This document shows positions 1 to 8,588 of a stretch of 32,000 nucleotides of DNA, in pieces (the first letter of the stretch is position 1; every line of letters starts with the position of its first letter). This DNA is from Candidatus Baldrarchaeum yapensis. Lineage in GTDB: Archaea; Asgardarchaeota; Baldrarchaeia; Baldrarchaeales; Baldrarchaeaceae. The DNA lies in NCBI GenBank assembly GCA_016840465.1, contig JAEOSH010000001.1:30001-62000 (forward strand), in the 5' to 3' direction. The translations under genes were made by a program, and so were the position numbers. Below the pieces are notes generated by a model, which ran no database searches, had not been told where the DNA came from, and saw only the letters and a program-made list of their open reading frames with translations.

Positions 1-2
1 GG

Positions 3-386
3 AGAGTTATCCTAACCTCCGATGCTGAGTTGCATAGTAGAGCTCAGAAACTCGGTATACAATCTATTTTGTTGAGGAATTATGGCTTTGTCAATTTATT
101 AGCCGAGGTTCTCGCGAGGTTCGAAATACCACCCGTTGTGGACCCCAATTGTTCTAGGTGTCCTTATTGTAACGGGGTTGTGGTGTACTTAAGGCGCGAG
201 GACGTCAGTAAAATGCCTGATGTTCTAGACGTCTTAAGTCCTAACATTATAGAGGCGCATGAGGAGTTCTGGCGTTGTACTAAATGTGGGAAAATTTATT
301 GGAAAGGGAGGATGTGGAGAAACATAAATAGAATACTTGAAAAAGTTAAAGAGGAAATGATGCGTATTAAGAAAAAGACCTCGTAG
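3..386 (+). CDS. Mut7-C RNase (PIN-like) domain protein with C-terminal Zn ribbon; 5'-truncated by window edge
   Basis: Frame is open from position 3 (RVILTSDAELHSRA, matching the Mut7-C 'RxxLTxDxxLxxRA' segment); RCPYCNG and FWRCTKCGKIYWKG zinc-knuckle motifs. Confidence 0.85.
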   Translation, partial: RVILTSDAELHSRAQKLGIQSILLRNYGFVNLLAEVLARFEIPPVVDPNCSRCPYCNGVVVYLRREDVSKMPDVLDVLSPNIIEAHEEFWRCTKCGKIYWKGRMWRNINRILEKVKEEMMRIKKKTS

Positions 387-398
387 AGGCGTTTCGTC

Positions 399-1046
399 AT
401 GTTCATGTATAGTGATGAGGAAGGCGCGTACTTGGTCAAACTTGCGCGTAGGTCTATGGAGACCTACGTTGTAGAAAGAAGGAGAATAGACACGCCAAAG
501 GACGCTCCTGAGAAATTATGGAAGAAAGCGGGAGCGTTCGTCACATTAAACAAAATCGTTGAACAAAGACCAAAGATAAGAACGGAACTTAGAGGATGTA
601 TAGGAAGACCTTATCCCTTGCAACCACTAATAGAGGCGGTAATAGATTCTGCAATAGATTCCGCCGTTAACGATCCGAGGTTTCCGCCAGTAAGGCCAGA
701 TGAGCTAGATGATATACTTGTGGAGGTGAGTGTTCTAACACCACCTGAGCTGATAAAGGTGTCAGATCCGAAGGAGTATCCTAAAAAGATAAAGATCGGA
801 AGAGATGGACTCATTGTCGAGGGTGTGTATGAGGGTTATGTTTTAAGAGGACTATTATTACCTCAGGTTCCAGTAGAGTGGAATTGGGACGAGGAAACAT
901 TTCTAAGCGAGTGTTGCTTGAAAGCCGGTTTACCACCAGACAGTTGGTTGACGCGCAATGTAAAGATTTACAAATTCCAAGCAGAGATTTTTGAAGAAGA
1001 AGAGCCGCGGGGGAAAGTGATAAGAAAGATCCTAGAGGAGCATTAA
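399..1046 (+). CDS. AMMECR1-domain protein (TIGR00296-like)
   Basis: GAFVTL, LRGCIG, DPRFPP, IEVSVLT-like, GRDGLIV, GLLLPQVPVEWNW and KAGLP motifs typical of AMMECR1. Confidence 0.95.
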   Translation: MFMYSDEEGAYLVKLARRSMETYVVERRRIDTPKDAPEKLWKKAGAFVTLNKIVEQRPKIRTELRGCIGRPYPLQPLIEAVIDSAIDSAVNDPRFPPVRPDELDDILVEVSVLTPPELIKVSDPKEYPKKIKIGRDGLIVEGVYEGYVLRGLLLPQVPVEWNWDEETFLSECCLKAGLPPDSWLTRNVKIYKFQAEIFEEEEPRGKVIRKILEEH

Positions 1047-1050
1047 AGAA

Positions 1051-3072
1051 TTACGATTGGCTTTCTTCCAATATTTCCGAATCTCCAGGAACAGTTCGCT
1101 GCAAGTCCTCTATTGTTACGTACTTTGATGCTAGTTTTCTTTCCTCTTCCGGTAGCTTGTTCAATAACTTTCTTAGCAACATCCTGCAAATATCGTTTTT
1201 AGGAATTTTTCCGGGTATTAAAGTTATCCAGATATTTGTCTTTCTAGTAATTGCGGAAGGTGGACCATAAATTAGCATCCAAAATCCTTGATCCTTTACT
1301 AAACCCAGTGACAATTTCAGCGGAACATTACTGATGTAATTTCTCTTTCCTCTTACCATCACCGCCCCATGCTTTAAGTATTGGCCTGATGGCGGAGATA
1401 GTGATACCTGCTCTGCGTTTACCCAGTAAGCATCGATACTTCCGAATCCGATCTTCCATGCCTTAGAATATGATACAGCAAATTGTGCTGCCTCTAGGAT
1501 AGTACTTTCTGGAAGCTTTCTTCCACCCGTCTTTACTATTACGTGTGGTGCTCCCTCTATGTCCGCATGAACAAATATGTCCCCTTTTTCTAAGTATTTC
1601 CTGACAAGAGCTTCATTTTGCTTTGCGTCACGACCCGCAATTACTATAAATCCGTCAGAACTTTCAAACCATCTAAACTTCTCAAACCACTTCTTTGGAC
1701 GTGCTTTAATGATCTTCTCTTCTGCAATTTTCACCTCCAACTCTGCTTTCGTTTCCAATTGATTTAATTTCTCTTTAATTTCACTCATCGACTTCTTTAA
1801 TCCCTCGATTTTTTCAGAAAGTTTTTTCGCTTTCTCATAATATACTGATGCATTTTCGGGTACGGATTTTCTGATATCAATGGACACGTTTTCCCCATCC
1901 AGTACCAGTATAATCTTTGCCTCCTGAGGTCTTACGTCCTTTATGATAAGTGCGTCGGAGATTCCTCGCTTCTTTCCTTCCTCTATTCTTGAAATTATTT
2001 CGTTCCATTCGTAACCCTTATTCCTTGCATTTTTTATCGCACCGATGATCCTTTCGATGATTTCCTTATGCATAAATATCAGATTCCCCATCCTAACGAG
2101 ACGTTCCGCCTCCCGTTCTAAGGAGACTAACCTTTGCTCCTGAGTTCGCAAAATTTCTAATAACTTTTCGCGCTCATTTTCAATCTCCCCTAGTTTTTCC
2201 CTCCTCAGCAATTCCTGTTCGGTCTTAACAAAGTACTCATCAACCGCCTCATTAAATGATCCGAAACGTTTCTTCTCTTTACCCTCAAACAATTTTAGCT
2301 CTAAAGGCTCAAAGCCTACGGGGCTCCCATCTTCAAGTATTATGTGAGGCGAAATTTCGCCATTTCTGACCGAATTTATCAAAGTTTTTAGACATTCAAC
2401 GACCTCAATAATGTTTTTAATGGTAACTGCATCTACGGGAGCCTCTTTCGGAATATTGCACCTAAGAAGGGCTTCTTCGATTAAATGAGGATCCACATTA
2501 ATCGTTGAAATGAATGCACGCACAATATCCTTTTTTCTGGATTCCCTGAGACGGACGTAGAGTTCCTCCGAGGTCACGGAAAAGATGTCAAGTCCTCGGG
2601 AGGGCGGTGGGACGAATTTTTCTCCCACAATAACGTTTCTATCTTTCATCCTCTTATATCGATATGCAACTCTTATCTTTTCATCGGGTCCCACCAGAAT
2701 CACGTTGCCCTCCCTAAACAGTTCTATTACCAGCGTGTAATCTTCTTGTGCCTTTGTGCTAAATCTTAACAACACTATTCTATCAAAGTCGTGCTGAAGT
2801 ATCTCTGTTAGGCGACTCCCTCGTAGATACTTTCGTAATGCCATGCAGAAGGGAGGAGGATGGCATGGTTTTTCTCTAATATAGGATGTTAAGTGGATGC
2901 GTCTGCCTGGTTCTACGAGAAGGTTATAAACGGATTCTTTTCTAAGCTTAAAGAGGAAGAGCGGGGTTGGCGCTGTCAATTGGTAAATATTATCAACCCA
3001 AGCCATCTTTATTGTTTGGTTGAGTTCATATACGATCGCGGCAACATCGAGAGCCGAGAATGTCCCCTTCAT
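1051..3072 (-). CDS. rqcH: Ribosome quality control Rqc2/NEMF (NFACT) family protein
   Basis: N-terminal NFACT-N (PPPFCMALRKYL, FDRIV, ELFREGNVIL), central coiled coil, NFACT-R domain (WFEKFRWF, GRDAKQNE, FVHADIEGAPHV, SGQYLKHGAVMVRGKRNY). Confidence 0.93.
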   Translation of the reverse strand: MKGTFSALDVAAIVYELNQTIKMAWVDNIYQLTAPTPLFLFKLRKESVYNLLVEPGRRIHLTSYIREKPCHPPPFCMALRKYLRGSRLTEILQHDFDRIVLLRFSTKAQEDYTLVIELFREGNVILVGPDEKIRVAYRYKRMKDRNVIVGEKFVPPPSRGLDIFSVTSEELYVRLRESRKKDIVRAFISTINVDPHLIEEALLRCNIPKEAPVDAVTIKNIIEVVECLKTLINSVRNGEISPHIILEDGSPVGFEPLELKLFEGKEKKRFGSFNEAVDEYFVKTEQELLRREKLGEIENEREKLLEILRTQEQRLVSLEREAERLVRMGNLIFMHKEIIERIIGAIKNARNKGYEWNEIISRIEEGKKRGISDALIIKDVRPQEAKIILVLDGENVSIDIRKSVPENASVYYEKAKKLSEKIEGLKKSMSEIKEKLNQLETKAELEVKIAEEKIIKARPKKWFEKFRWFESSDGFIVIAGRDAKQNEALVRKYLEKGDIFVHADIEGAPHVIVKTGGRKLPESTILEAAQFAVSYSKAWKIGFGSIDAYWVNAEQVSLSPPSGQYLKHGAVMVRGKRNYISNVPLKLSLGLVKDQGFWMLIYGPPSAITRKTNIWITLIPGKIPKNDICRMLLRKLLNKLPEEERKLASKYVTIEDLQRTVPGDSEILEESQS

Positions 3073-3092
3073 GGCGAATCCCGGTGATGCTC

Positions 3093-3581
3093 ATGACGCC
3101 TGAGGATAAAATATTTTGGATCAAAGTAATATTTGCGTTTCTAGCGGCAGGGCTTTGCCTGCTCCTACCCCTTTCAGCAACATGGGCAGGCTTTTTCCTC
3201 GGAATATTAGTGTACATGGCATCTTACTGTGTTTCACAGTTAATTGTTGAGGAAGAGATTCCTGTGGAGGAAAGAATACTGGAAAAAATAGGTAAAATTC
3301 TGAAATCGGAAGTACCGTCTGAGATAAAGAACATCGTCTTTAAGAGTTCCAAGAGCGGAAGACTCAGTAAAGACCATGTGGAATTGCTAAAAAGGAAACT
3401 TACTGAATTGGGGGTAGATCAGAAGCGTTCAGAAAAAATAATTGCGATTATGAAGAGTGTTGAGGAGAAGATTTCCGAAGAGAAAAGAGGATCTCCTTTA
3501 ACCACGGGCATACTTACGTACTTTACCCTATGGCTTACTATATGGTTTTTAATATTCACACTGATGCACTTCCCGCCATAG
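3093..3581 (+). CDS. Three-TM membrane protein, EMC6/RAB5IF(OPTI)-like, with a long charged insert
   Basis: Two N-terminal hydrophobic helices, a ~80-aa Lys/Glu-rich loop, and C-terminal TTGILTYFTLWLTIWFLIFTLMHF resembling the EMC6/RAB5IF terminal helix. Start chosen at ATG 3093 behind GGTGA (3083-3087); ATG 3087 is an alternative. Confidence 0.6.
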   Translation: MTPEDKIFWIKVIFAFLAAGLCLLLPLSATWAGFFLGILVYMASYCVSQLIVEEEIPVEERILEKIGKILKSEVPSEIKNIVFKSSKSGRLSKDHVELLKRKLTELGVDQKRSEKIIAIMKSVEEKISEEKRGSPLTTGILTYFTLWLTIWFLIFTLMHFPP

Positions 3582-3591
3582 TTTCTCAATG

Positions 3592-3996
3592 TTAAGAAGT
3601 TTGTGCCATTTTTCTTAATTTTTCCGCCTCTTCCTCATCGCCCAACATACTTGCACACCTTGCGGCGCTTGTCAAGCACTGCTTTCTTTTGGTGTCGTCC
3701 CTAAGAAGTTTGAAATACTCCGCAGCCTTAAGGAAAAGTTCTTTGGCTTTTTGATAATTCTTCGTGGCATTATACAGTTTTGCGGCATTCATATATGAGT
3801 TGGCTGAATATTCATAGTCATAGACTTTAATGAAATGCTTTGCAGCACGTTCATATATCTCGGCTGCCTTTTCGAACTCCTTTCTGGATGCGTATGCCTT
3901 TGCTGCAAGAAATTCCTGGTATGCAGCTCTTCCAAAATCCTCCTCTTCAAGTAATTTTTGGGCCTCTCTCAATAATTGCTCCGGATCTTCACTCAT
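3592..3996 (-). CDS. Small helical-repeat (TPR/SNAP-like) protein
   Basis: Repeated AAxxYxxAA pattern (KAAEIYERAAKHF, SANSYMNAAKLY, KAKELFLKAAEYF); starts 2 bp after the GGGPS stop. Confidence 0.7.
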   Translation of the reverse strand: MSEDPEQLLREAQKLLEEEDFGRAAYQEFLAAKAYASRKEFEKAAEIYERAAKHFIKVYDYEYSANSYMNAAKLYNATKNYQKAKELFLKAAEYFKLLRDDTKRKQCLTSAARCASMLGDEEEAEKLRKMAQTS

Positions 3997-3998
3997 CC

Positions 3999-4781
3999 TT
4001 ACCGCCCCTTTCTTAGTTTCTCCTTACCCGCTTCTCTTATGGCAGTAACCATTTTCCTAACCTTCTCGGTGACTTCTTTCATATCCTTTAGATGTTCTAT
4101 TGCGGTTCCGACCTGTATACCATCCGCACCCGCGAGAACTATCTCTTTAGCCTGCTCGGCAGTTCTCACGCCGCCAGCATAAAAGTAAGGTACGGTTAGT
4201 ACAGATTTTATTGCCTTTATCAGGAAAGGTGGTGCTGGGGAGGGGGCGCCTGATCCGCTATCTGTGATGACTATATGTGCACCTAGGAATTCTCCTGCAA
4301 GTGCGCATGCGCATGCAATTTCTGGATCGTCCCTAGGGACCAAATTTGCGTCACCCACCCAGCCAGCTGCCCCACCGGGTTCTAAGAGAATATATGCGAC
4401 GGGAATAGGCTCGAGGCCGAACTTTTTGACAAGAGGCGCGCCGAGAATTTGCGCCTTTGTGATGAAATATGGATCCCTACTATTCATAAGAATCATGAAA
4501 TAAATTGCATCGGCGTACCTCGTTATTGTTCCCACATTTCCCGGAAATAGTATCACTGGGAGATTCGAGTTCTCCTTTATTGCCTTTACGGTGAGATCCA
4601 GAAGTTCTCCCTGTGCACCTATGGATCCGCCGACGAGTATCGCGTCAGTGCCACCTTCACTTGCAGCTAAGGCTATCTTTCCCGCTTCCTCCGGTTTTTG
4701 TTCAAATGGATCTATTAAACTGAGATGAACTGCCCCATAGGTCTCTATTCTCTCCTTAAGGTACTCTTCTACCTTTCCCAT
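3999..4781 (-). CDS. Geranylgeranylglyceryl phosphate synthase family protein
   Basis: HLSLIDP, TDAILVGGS, PVILFPG, NSRDPYFI, SGSG, AGGVR, IQVGT motifs of the GGGPS TIM barrel; GAGGG SD upstream. Confidence 0.9.
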   Translation of the reverse strand: MGKVEEYLKERIETYGAVHLSLIDPFEQKPEEAGKIALAASEGGTDAILVGGSIGAQGELLDLTVKAIKENSNLPVILFPGNVGTITRYADAIYFMILMNSRDPYFITKAQILGAPLVKKFGLEPIPVAYILLEPGGAAGWVGDANLVPRDDPEIACACALAGEFLGAHIVITDSGSGAPSPAPPFLIKAIKSVLTVPYFYAGGVRTAEQAKEIVLAGADGIQVGTAIEHLKDMKEVTEKVRKMVTAIREAGKEKLRKGR

Positions 4782-4962
4782 TAATAGTCCCTCATTTTCC
4801 CAGTTCGATTTAGTTATGTTTTTCTGGTCTCATCTTTAAATTTATCATTCCATCGGTTGGAGATTTTCCTCGGCGCTCATGTAAGGAAAAACCCCAGTCA
4901 AAAACCCTTTAAATGTTTCTTACGTACTCTAAGGTAGCAGTGATGCTTGGGTGTAAAGAGAG

Positions 4963-5283
4963 ATGTGCGAGTTTTCGGTAGTTGTGAGGGAAGGAAGTTC
5001 CGAGAAGGAGGTAGCACGAGACATCATCTATGCAAGAATGTGCGATAGAGGTCTTACGTTGAGAAGTTTCCTTGATGAAAAAACCGCCAATTCGGCGGTG
5101 ATTTTTGAGGTAGATGTGACTAAGGAGAGAATGGTGTTGATACGTGCGCCGTTCATTGAGCATTTTCTAAAGCTTTTGCTGATGTATGAAAGTTATAGAA
5201 GGGGCGAGAGGGACGCTGACGCTGTTAAGAAGATGTTGGATGAATTTTATAGAGAGGTAAAGAAATATTTGGATTCCACATAA
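4963..5283 (+). CDS. cooT: CooT-family nickel-binding protein with C-terminal helical extension
   Basis: N-terminal MCE (Cys2) followed by a ~60-aa beta-rich Hfq-like pattern ending IFEVDVTKERMVL; extra ~45-aa helical tail. Confidence 0.75.
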   Translation: MCEFSVVVREGSSEKEVARDIIYARMCDRGLTLRSFLDEKTANSAVIFEVDVTKERMVLIRAPFIEHFLKLLLMYESYRRGERDADAVKKMLDEFYREVKKYLDST

Positions 5284-5317
5284 AAGATGATGTTCTAAAC
5301 ATATGGAGGAGGTATTC

Positions 5318-5578
5318 TTGGTTAAGGCGTACGTGATGATAAACACGAGGCCGGGAAAAGAGACAGAAATAATTAAAGAAATCTCTAAAATGCCAGAGGT
5401 ATCAGAAGTTCATAGGGTATTTGGTCCCTTCGATATAGTAGTTGAAATAAAGAGTAGTAGCATGGAGGCGATCGTTGATTTGATATTTGAGAAAATACGG
5501 AAAATAGACGGGATCGAGAAAACGATTACCGCCATTACCGCCGAATATGAAATAGATGTGCATGATATGCCGATATGA
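5318..5578 (+). CDS. Stand-alone Lrp/AsnC ligand-binding (RAM) domain protein
   Basis: KAYVMIN, EVHRVFGPFDIVV, IRKIDGIEKTIT; no HTH. TTG start at 5318 preferred because GGAGGT lies just upstream; the track start 5303 is possible. Confidence 0.85.
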   Translation: MVKAYVMINTRPGKETEIIKEISKMPEVSEVHRVFGPFDIVVEIKSSSMEAIVDLIFEKIRKIDGIEKTITAITAEYEIDVHDMPI

Positions 5579-5580
5579 CT

Positions 5581-6615
5581 TCAGAGAATTGCAAAATGTT
5601 CCCTTCCCGACAATTCTCTCGACCCTATTACAACTCGATAGTAAGGAACTCCTCTTTCAGGCATAACTCTTTCTAATTTTCCATAAACTCTAATACGCTC
5701 GTTGACTTCGAGTATTCCGGCAAATACTCCTTCAAACGATACTAATTCTCTTATTGGTTCTACTACGGGGCCCCTTATTACAGTTACCTCACTGATTCCG
5801 TAAACTGCGGGATTAAACATCGATTCTGAAGTGTCCGATATCGACGCTTCTATCTCTATGGGACCCATCGGAATTATGCTCTTTTTCCCGTATTTCTCCG
5901 TTATTTCACTGTCTTTCTTTACCGGATGCACTGAAAATCTCGTACCTTCAAAAATTCCTAGATTCCATTTCCGCCTGAGAATTTCACGTGCAACCTCTAA
6001 AGGGATGCCGAAAAACTTCGATTTTTCGATACACCACCTCTCCTCGTAAAACTTCCTGATAGTCCTTTTCTTTTCAAGTTCGAGGATTACCTCCTTGAGA
6101 AGCAGGGACTCTTTCCTCCCATAAATTACTAGATCTATATCCGAGATTCGAGGATTATGAATCCCGAGCAGAATAGATCCCGTGACTCCGAAGCGACTCT
6201 CATCTATTCCGCTTTCTTTGCTTAACAGTTTAACTAATCTCACTAATTTTTCTTGCAAAGGATCTCTAGACTTCAGCCCTATTATCCTGCTCAACTCTCT
6301 CTCCGGAAGGTACCAATTCTCGATACGGGAATGAGGTACCGCTGAAAATGTTATCCTGTTATAAGGGCAATAGTAAATATATTCCGGATAATTCTGTTTA
6401 AGAAATTCAAATGTTGCACAGACATCACGCGCGGAATAGAACGAAATTTTTCTCTCGTAACATGACCTGCTGTCACACCACAGTCCATCAGATGCTGGTA
6501 CATATTTTAAATACGCAAATACCCTATCCGGCGGGTGCTCGTACCCAACTATGCAAAATATGAAATTTTCGACCGTCCTTATGTAGTCCCTATCTTTAAA
6601 CGGTCTTTTACACAC
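5581..6615 (-). CDS. Uncharacterised Pol-beta-superfamily nucleotidyltransferase (COG1665-like), paralog 2
   Basis: GVTGSILLG...SDIDLVIYG signature; HPPDRV, AVPH; beta-rich C-terminal domain; GTG start with GGAGGT SD. Confidence 0.8.
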   Translation of the reverse strand: MCKRPFKDRDYIRTVENFIFCIVGYEHPPDRVFAYLKYVPASDGLWCDSRSCYERKISFYSARDVCATFEFLKQNYPEYIYYCPYNRITFSAVPHSRIENWYLPERELSRIIGLKSRDPLQEKLVRLVKLLSKESGIDESRFGVTGSILLGIHNPRISDIDLVIYGRKESLLLKEVILELEKKRTIRKFYEERWCIEKSKFFGIPLEVAREILRRKWNLGIFEGTRFSVHPVKKDSEITEKYGKKSIIPMGPIEIEASISDTSESMFNPAVYGISEVTVIRGPVVEPIRELVSFEGVFAGILEVNERIRVYGKLERVMPERGVPYYRVVIGSRELSGREHFAIL

Positions 6616-6619
6616 AGGC

Positions 6620-7651
6620 TTACCTCCTTATCAGAAAATCGTCCCTGCTATTTCCTAGAATTATCCGATAGTAAGAAGTTTTATTTTTAACATCAGTAAC
6701 ACGCTCCACATCTCCTCTAACAATAATTATGTCGTTATCATTAGCGAGTTCTGTAAACCTTCCCCTGAATGACACTACTTCTTTTATCGCGTCGAGGCCA
6801 GCACCGTCTAATACACTGAGAACTTTAACGAGATATCTACACGGCGTGAAAATGGAATCGGAAGCATCTATGACTTTTGCTTTGACCGTTATACGACCGA
6901 CCTTCCTATAAATTCTGTCACCATATGTCTCGTTGATCTCTGATGGTTCTTTAACGAACCTTACAAAGAAGTCGACTCCCTTAAAGACTCCTTGGGAAAC
7001 CTTCCGGCTTTCCATTAGAAGGAAATCCTCGAAACTTACGTTCATTGCTTGTTTTTTAAATTCGTATAGATCTTTAAGCTCTGTTAATGTATATCTCCTT
7101 AAGTCTTTCTCGGATTCAAGCAATTGGTGTAATGCTTCATACGCTTTTCTGCATTCTTTTTCTCCGTAAATTACGAGATCTAAATCCGAATCTTCGGTTT
7201 CTAGCCCGACTAAAATGGATCCAGATATCCCAATACTAGATATCGGTATATTCGCCTCCTTAGATATAATTTTGGCTAGATCAATTGCATATTCCTTTAG
7301 TTTTCCGATCTCTTGCGATCCCGCCCTCTTAGATAATAGTTTCCTCAGCTGTTGCCTAGGTTCATAGACAATATTTATTCTGTCATGAGGTACGGCTTGC
7401 AGTTCCATTCCAAAAACATAATCAAAGTAGACATAGGCGGGATAATTGCTACGGAGGAAGTCATATCTCTCCTTTAAATCATACAACTTGGAATATCTTC
7501 GTCCGTCGGATCTTAAACGGTTTCCTCTTTCATTCAGGTAGTATCGAACAAAAGCAATCACTCTATCGGGTGGATGCACGAGCCCTTTAACGTCAAATAT
7601 TAAACCTTCCACAGTTTCCACGAATGCTCCTTCAATGATCGATGTTTTCAA
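6620..7651 (-). CDS. Uncharacterised Pol-beta-superfamily nucleotidyltransferase (COG1665-like), paralog 1
   Basis: GISGSILVG...SDLDLVIYG signature; HPPDRV, AVPH; TTG start with GAGGT SD, overlapping the mptA 3' end. Confidence 0.8.
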   Translation of the reverse strand: MKTSIIEGAFVETVEGLIFDVKGLVHPPDRVIAFVRYYLNERGNRLRSDGRRYSKLYDLKERYDFLRSNYPAYVYFDYVFGMELQAVPHDRINIVYEPRQQLRKLLSKRAGSQEIGKLKEYAIDLAKIISKEANIPISSIGISGSILVGLETEDSDLDLVIYGEKECRKAYEALHQLLESEKDLRRYTLTELKDLYEFKKQAMNVSFEDFLLMESRKVSQGVFKGVDFFVRFVKEPSEINETYGDRIYRKVGRITVKAKVIDASDSIFTPCRYLVKVLSVLDGAGLDAIKEVVSFRGRFTELANDNDIIIVRGDVERVTDVKNKTSYYRIILGNSRDDFLIRR

Positions 7652-8588
7652 GATTCTTTACCTCTCTTCGTAATTCGCCAACTTTACTTGTTCGCTTTGC
7701 CACAACATCAAAGTTATGGATGCTTTCGTAACTTCTTACTATGACTCTTATCCTTGAGTCTTCCGGCAACCAGTCAAATTCTTTGATTATATGTAGGAGG
7801 ACTGAGCGGGCACAATCCTCCACAAACATGGGGTTTAAGTGTCCCAACCGGATGATTACCTCTTCATCGTTTCTCTTCAGGACGTCCTCTATCTGTGAAC
7901 TCACGGATTCGTCTATTATTCGCAATAGGTCTCTCCAGTCTATATTTTTCCCATTATATCGGCGATCTATCTCAACAGATACCTTTGCACGCTGATTATG
8001 CGATGCTATTGGTATTATGTTCAATATCTTTTCTAATGTCTCCTCACTTAGCCCGATCTCATCGATACGCTTTTTTAAAAGATTTTTCACGAATTTCTTC
8101 ACTTGTAATTGCCCGCATGGACATACCAGTAGTCCATAGGTGCTTATTCCCGTCAGAACCTTAGGATCTCCCTTTCTAGTGTTCAATACCCTCGACCATA
8201 TACGTATAGGACGCATCATTGAGCCCTGTGTGATCTTTGATCTGTACGGAATCACCGTTATGCCTCTGATGCGCACTTCAGCTACCGATGCGTACTCGTG
8301 ATATCGCAACAGCAAATTTGTTGCCTCCAAACAGAACTCCTCGACTGACGTGTAGGGTTTGAAGGTCGCGCGTTCGACTATTTCCTCTATTGCGTCGGCG
8401 CTTCTAGACATGTGAATACCGCGCATGCTCGGGGGCATATCTATGAAAGCGTCTATTTTCACGGAGATCACAGAGACCTCTTTGCCATGCAATATCTTAA
8501 GTTGCCGAAACATTCCATAAACTCCAACTTTATCCAGTCTTAGCGGTATTTTTGGAAGTTCCGCCTGTACATCAACATCATTCGTCAT
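7632..8588 (-). CDS. mptA: GTP cyclohydrolase MptA (FolE2 family)
   Basis: RGIHMSR, CPC, HNQR, PMFVEDCAR, SYESIH motifs. Start set at ATG 8588 (GGTGA SD), overlapping the stop of the upstream gene. Confidence 0.9.
   Translation of the reverse strand: MTNDVDVQAELPKIPLRLDKVGVYGMFRQLKILHGKEVSVISVKIDAFIDMPPSMRGIHMSRSADAIEEIVERATFKPYTSVEEFCLEATNLLLRYHEYASVAEVRIRGITVIPYRSKITQGSMMRPIRIWSRVLNTRKGDPKVLTGISTYGLLVCPCGQLQVKKFVKNLLKKRIDEIGLSEETLEKILNIIPIASHNQRAKVSVEIDRRYNGKNIDWRDLLRIIDESVSSQIEDVLKRNDEEVIIRLGHLNPMFVEDCARSVLLHIIKEFDWLPEDSRIRVIVRSYESIHNFDVVAKRTSKVGELRREVKNLENIDH

Noticed and set aside
1051-3072. Idea that rqc2 is an invertible or inverted segment between co-directional + strand genes
   Set aside because: No inverted repeats at the junctions and no recombinase in the window; tight divergent and convergent junctions occur elsewhere here too.
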